Origin: Candidatus Aenigmatarchaeota archaeon
Lineage (GTDB): Archaea > Aenigmatarchaeota > Aenigmatarchaeia > GW2011-AR5 > JAGGXF01
Length of the DNA stretch: 10,215 bases
Direction of reading: 5' to 3'
NCBI GenBank assembly: GCA_029932645.1
Contig: JAOZPR010000017.1
Coordinates: 4,810-15,024 of the forward strand
Shown here in pieces: positions 7,018 through 10,215 of the stretch. Positions within the stretch are counted from its first letter, which is position 1. The number at the start of each line of letters is the position of its first letter. Both the position numbers and the translations under genes were made by a program. The notes under the pieces are model-generated. The model made no database searches and was not told the origin of the DNA. It worked only from the letters and a program-made list of their open reading frames with translations.

Positions 7018-7033
7018 AAACTATATATAGTTC
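7018..7033. promoter_or_regulatory. NrdR box 1, coinciding with a TATA-like element
   Basis: AAACTATATATAGTTC matches the core of the NrdR-box consensus acaCwAtATaTwGtgt and is preceded by CCAAAAA. Confidence 0.65.
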
Positions 7034-7042
7034 TGCTGTGTA

Positions 7043-7058
7043 ATAGCATATGTTGTGT
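7043..7058. promoter_or_regulatory. NrdR box 2 (degenerate)
   Basis: In ATAGCATATGTTGTGT the right half matches the consensus. It starts 32 bp before box 3, the usual tandem spacing. Confidence 0.6.
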
Positions 7059-7074
7059 TTGTTGGGGGTAATAA

Positions 7075-7090
7075 ACACAATATATAGTGT
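7075..7090. promoter_or_regulatory. NrdR box 3 (consensus)
   Basis: ACACAATATATAGTGT fully matches acaCwAtATaTwGtgt, 15 nt before the nrdR ATG. Confidence 0.88.
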
Positions 7091-7105
7091 TATTGATGAG
7101 TGACT

Positions 7106-7552
7106 ATGCAATGTCCCTACTGTTCTAGTAATGACACGAAGGTTATTGATAGCAGGGAGACTGACGGCTCTACGCGGCGGCGGCGCGAATGCTTGAAGTG
7201 CGGCAACCGTTTTACCACATATGAGCGAGTAGAGGACATCCAGTTCATGGTGATAAAAAAGGACGGTCGGCGGGAACAGTTCAACAGGGAGAAAATCAAG
7301 ACAGGTATAACCAAAGCGTGCGAAAAAAGGCCTATCAGTATGGAGAAAATAGAGCAGGTCGTAGACAAGATAGAGGCTGATCTGCGCCGGATGGGAAAGA
7401 CAGAGATAAAGAGCAGGGTTATTGGTAAGATGGTAGTGCGTGAGCTGAAGCATCTGGACAAGGTCGCGTACATACGTTTTGCTTCTGTCTACCAAGAATT
7501 CGATGATTTGGAATCTTTTGAGAACGAACTTAGGAAGTTAAAGAAGAAATAA
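7106..7552 (+). CDS. nrdR: Transcriptional repressor NrdR (Zn ribbon + ATP cone)
   Basis: Contains MQCPYC...KVIDSR...[35 protein letters not shown] and [16 protein letters not shown] 7106 is preferred over GTG 7100. Confidence 0.97.
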   Translation: MQCPYCSSNDTKVIDSRETDGSTRRRRECLKCGNRFTTYERVEDIQFMVIKKDGRREQFNREKIKTGITKACEKRPISMEKIEQVVDKIEADLRRMGKTEIKSRVIGKMVVRELKHLDKVAYIRFASVYQEFDDLESFENELRKLKKK

Positions 7553-7597
7553 AGACGAGGATAAAAATGGCTAAGATGACAAAGAGGAGGGTATAAA

Positions 7598-10215
7598 ATG
7601 ACCATAAGAAAAATAAAGAAAAGGGACGGAAGGATTGTTGATTTTGACCAGGAAAAGATAACCAATGCCATATTCAAGGCTGCCCGTGCAGTTGGTGGCG
7701 AGGACAGAAAGAGAGCAGAATATTTATCAGATGAAGTTGTGAAGATACTTGAGAAGCGCTTTGACGGAAAAAAGGCTGGTGTTGAAGACATACAGGATAT
7801 TGTTGAAAAGGTGCTTATTGAGAACGGCCACGCTAAAACGGCGAAAGCTTACATACTTTACAGGGAGCAGCATAAGGAGTTCAGGGATTTCAAAAAGATG
7901 ATTTCTGAAGTCAGCATGATTGATGCATATCTGGATGAAAAGGATTGGCGTGTTAGGGAAAACAGCAATATGACATATTCCCTTCAAGGAATGAACTTTC
8001 ACATATCTTCTAAGATGGTTTCTAGCTATTGGCTACAAAAGATATATCCGCCGGAAATCAGAAGGGCACACACAAGCGGCGATTTCCATATACATGATCT
8101 TGGAATTTTTGGTGCTTACTGCGTTGGCTGGGACTTAAAAGACCTTCTCATATCTGGCTTTGGCGGTGTCCCTGGAAAAGTTGAGAGCAAGTCAGCAAAG
8201 CATTTTCGCGTTGCTCTTGGTCAGATAATAAACTTTTTTTACACGTTACAAGGAGAGGCTGCTGGTGCCCAAGCTTTTAGCAACTTTGACTCGCTTTTGG
8301 CGCCGTTCATAAGATATGATAAGCTTGATTATAAACAGGTCAAGCAGGCGATGCAGGAGTTTCTATTTAATATTAATGTGCCGACAAGGGTGGGATTTCA
8401 GTGTGTGTCGGAAGATACTGAAATATTAACTCCAGACGGCTGGAAAGGGTATGATGAGGTAAAGAAGGGAGACCTTATTAAGACATTTAATATAAAAACT
8501 GGGGAGATAGAAAACCAACGAGTTAAGAGGCTGTTTAAAAGACATTATAAAGGAGTTATGTATAACCTGAAGAACCGTATTCAAGACCAGTTAATATCAC
8601 CAAAACACAGAGTCGTGAGAAAAAAATTTCAGAGTAACGACTATATATTGGAACCGATTGAAGAAGTTTGTAAATTAAAATCTCCTTTTATTATTCCAAT
8701 CGCCGGAAGGAACAAAAACAAGGACGCGAAAATCAGCGATGAACAAATAAAACTGATGGCATGGATTATAAGCGAGGGAACCATAGAGCGACCCGGAAAA
8801 CACAGGTGCTGCTATAGGGTTAGTATATATCAGTCTAAAGAGAAAAACAAAAAGAACTATGAAGAAATTGTTAAACTGTTGAAACATTTTAAATTAAAAT
8901 ATTATGAGAGCGAATCTGCTTCGCTCGGCAACAAGGTTGCAAGACTTAGACTCAATGCGGAAAGTTCAAGAAAGATTCACAAATGGTTTGGAACCAGGGA
9001 CAGTGTTGGTTTCATCCCTGACATACTGCTGAATATGAGCGAGAGACAGTCCAAATTATTTATCCACACTTACCTCAAGGCAGACGGTTTTGAAAATTGC
9101 AAGATAGCGACAACGAAGCCTGGGATTTTAGATTCTTTGCAGACGATTGCCGTCAATGCTGGATATGGCTTCACGGTTTTGAAAAGAAAGCCGACTATCG
9201 GCAAAAAGGACGTCTATGTTCTGAGATTAATTAAACAGAAAGAGTCCTATATTCAGAAAGTCGAGAAGGTGCGGTATGACGGAATCATATGGTGTCCAAA
9301 TACAAAAAATGAAACCATAATAGCGAGGAGAAGAGGAAAAGTTTTTATAACAGGAAACACTCCTTTCACAAATATTACGCTTGATTTAGGCATGCCCGGC
9401 TACATGAAACAGGAGCCCGTGATAATCGGTGGCAAGCCCATGGATGCTGTGTATGGCGATTTTCAGGAAGAGCTTGACATGCTGAACAGGGCGTTTGCCG
9501 AGGTCATGCTCGATGGCGATGCAAAGGGCAGGGTCTTCACGTTCCCGATACCAACTTATAATATTACAAAGGACTTTGACTGGGGTAACAAAAAATACGA
9601 ACCAATATGGGAGATGACTGCCAAGTATGGCGTGCCATACTTTGCCAACTTCATAAACAGCGACATGAAGCCTGATGATGTTAGGAGTATGTGTCCGCTA
9701 GATGGCGAAGAAAAGGTATTGATAAAATCAAATAGAGGAAGGGGGTTGGAATACTCAAGCATTAGAAACATCTATGAAGGTAATTCTAAGACTGAGGAAT
9801 ATGAAATTTACAGTGATGGAAAATTTGTAAAAGGCAAGTTTAACAAATTCCCAAACCAAAAAATGATTGAAATTGCTCTCGAAAATGGTCATAAAATAAA
9901 AATGTCTAGTGAACATCTCAATTTTGTAATGAGAGGGCCAGACGCGGTGGTAGAAGAATTGAAAGGAGAGCAATTGGAAGAAGGTATGTATCTTCCCTAT
10001 TCTCTTAATATGTACGAAGGAAACGGTGGAAATGCTGACTTAGGATATTTTGTAGGTGCTTATGCGGGTGATGGATCATTAGATAGAGAAACAACAGTTG
10101 TGTTTTCTTTAGGAGACGGAGAAAAAAAGACTGTTGCAGAAAAACTAAAACAAATTGCCGAAAAATATTTTGGGGCGCGTTGTACAACAAAGGAGTATGA
10201 CGACACTAAACTCTT
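7598..10215 (+). CDS. nrdD: Anaerobic (class III) ribonucleoside-triphosphate reductase with N-terminal ATP cone and at least two inteins; 3' end beyond the window
   Basis: Translated by hand from ATG 7598 (SD GAGGAGG) with no stop to the window end. ATP cone IKKRDGRIVDFDQEKI...VEDIQDIVEKVL, then DWRVRENSN, GDFHIHDLG, YCVGWDL, EAAGAQAFSNFD, PTRVGFQ|intein|TPFTNITLD, FTFPIPTYN, KYGVPYFANF and DDVRSMC. Confidence 0.96.
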   Translation, partial: MTIRKIKKRDGRIVDFDQEKITNAIFKAARAVGGEDRKRAEYLSDEVVKILEKRFDGKKAGVEDIQDIVEKVLIENGHAKTAKAYILYREQHKEFRDFKKMISEVSMIDAYLDEKDWRVRENSNMTYSLQGMNFHISSKMVSSYWLQKIYPPEIRRAHTSGDFHIHDLGIFGAYCVGWDLKDLLISGFGGVPGKVESKSAKHFRVALGQIINFFYTLQGEAAGAQAFSNFDSLLAPFIRYDKLDYKQVKQAMQEFLFNINVPTRVGFQCVSEDTEILTPDGWKGYDEVKKGDLIKTFNIKTGEIENQRVKRLFKRHYKGVMYNLKNRIQDQLISPKHRVVRKKFQSNDYILEPIEEVCKLKSPFIIPIAGRNKNKDAKISDEQIKLMAWIISEGTIERPGKHRCCYRVSIYQSKEKNKKNYEEIVKLLKHFKLKYYESESASLGNKVARLRLNAESSRKIHKWFGTRDSVGFIPDILLNMSERQSKLFIHTYLKADGFENCKIATTKPGILDSLQTIAVNAGYGFTVLKRKPTIGKKDVYVLRLIKQKESYIQKVEKVRYDGIIWCPNTKNETIIARRRGKVFITGNTPFTNITLDLGMPGYMKQEPVIIGGKPMDAVYGDFQEELDMLNRAFAEVMLDGDAKGRVFTFPIPTYNITKDFDWGNKKYEPIWEMTAKYGVPYFANFINSDMKPDDVRSMCPLDGEEKVLIKSNRGRGLEYSSIRNIYEGNSKTEEYEIYSDGKFVKGKFNKFPNQKMIEIALENGHKIKMSSEHLNFVMRGPDAVVEELKGEQLEEGMYLPYSLNMYEGNGGNADLGYFVGAYAGDGSLDRETTVVFSLGDGEKKTVAEKLKQIAEKYFGARCTTKEYDDTKL
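8402..9358 (+). mobile_element. Intein 1 in NrdD (319 aa) with LAGLIDADG homing-endonuclease domain
   Basis: Starts CVSEDTEILTPDGW; block B ISPKHRV; LAGLIDADG-like LMAWIISEG and FIHTYLKADG; block F YDGIIWCP; ends FITGN with +1 Thr. The exteins rejoin as RVGFQ-TPFTN. Confidence 0.93.
9692..10215 (+). mobile_element. Intein 2 in NrdD (partial) with LAGLIDADG domain; first residue is Cys (9692) or Pro (9695)
   Basis: NrdD similarity breaks at DVRSM-C, where SMCCRL is expected. It is followed by PLDGEEKVLI (block A-like), ENGHKIKMSSEH (block B) and LGYFVGAYAGDGS (block C, about 10040-10078). The DNA is visibly more AT-rich than the extein. Confidence 0.9.

Noticed and set aside
6950..8002. Minus-strand ORFs 6950..7495, 7117..7473, 7489..7791 and 7727..8002
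   Set aside because: They are antisense to nrdR/nrdD and cross the NrdR operator region, with no recognisable motifs.
8675..10190. Short minus-strand ORFs in the apparent ORF-track gap
   Set aside because: The region is fully explained by the open plus-strand nrdD/intein frame.
1..10215. CRISPR array, transposase, integrase or rRNA
   Set aside because: No regularly spaced repeats, recombinase or transposase motifs, or rRNA-like segments were seen.

Overview
Archaeal chromosomal segment, probably from a DPANN-type lineage (inferred from the archaeal EF-1alpha, RFC small subunit, L40e with an extended Zn-ribbon loop, intron-containing tRNA without encoded CCA, and compact spacing). Minus strand: rfcS, a MazG-family pyrophosphohydrolase, and an elongator tRNA-Met(CAT) with a 55-nt intron. 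Plus strand: a secreted transglutaminase-like protein, an AK6/Fap7-type kinase, htpX, rpl40e, a small unknown ORF, stand-alone EF-1alpha, then a bacterial-type nrdR with upstream NrdR boxes. The last gene is a class III ribonucleotide reductase (nrdD) that runs off the window and is absent from the ORF track; it carries two LAGLIDADG inteins. Best leads: (1) the tRNA-Met intron holds a box C'/D' K-turn with a guide that points at its own wobble C34; (2) the second nrdD intein sits at the active-site Cys motif and may start with Pro; (3) a long structured EF-1alpha leader has alternative pairings; (4) NrdR operators overlap an archaeal TATA promoter; (5) a tandem-hairpin insert is flanked by 14-nt direct repeats. 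All structures were read by eye; no searches or folding programs were run.
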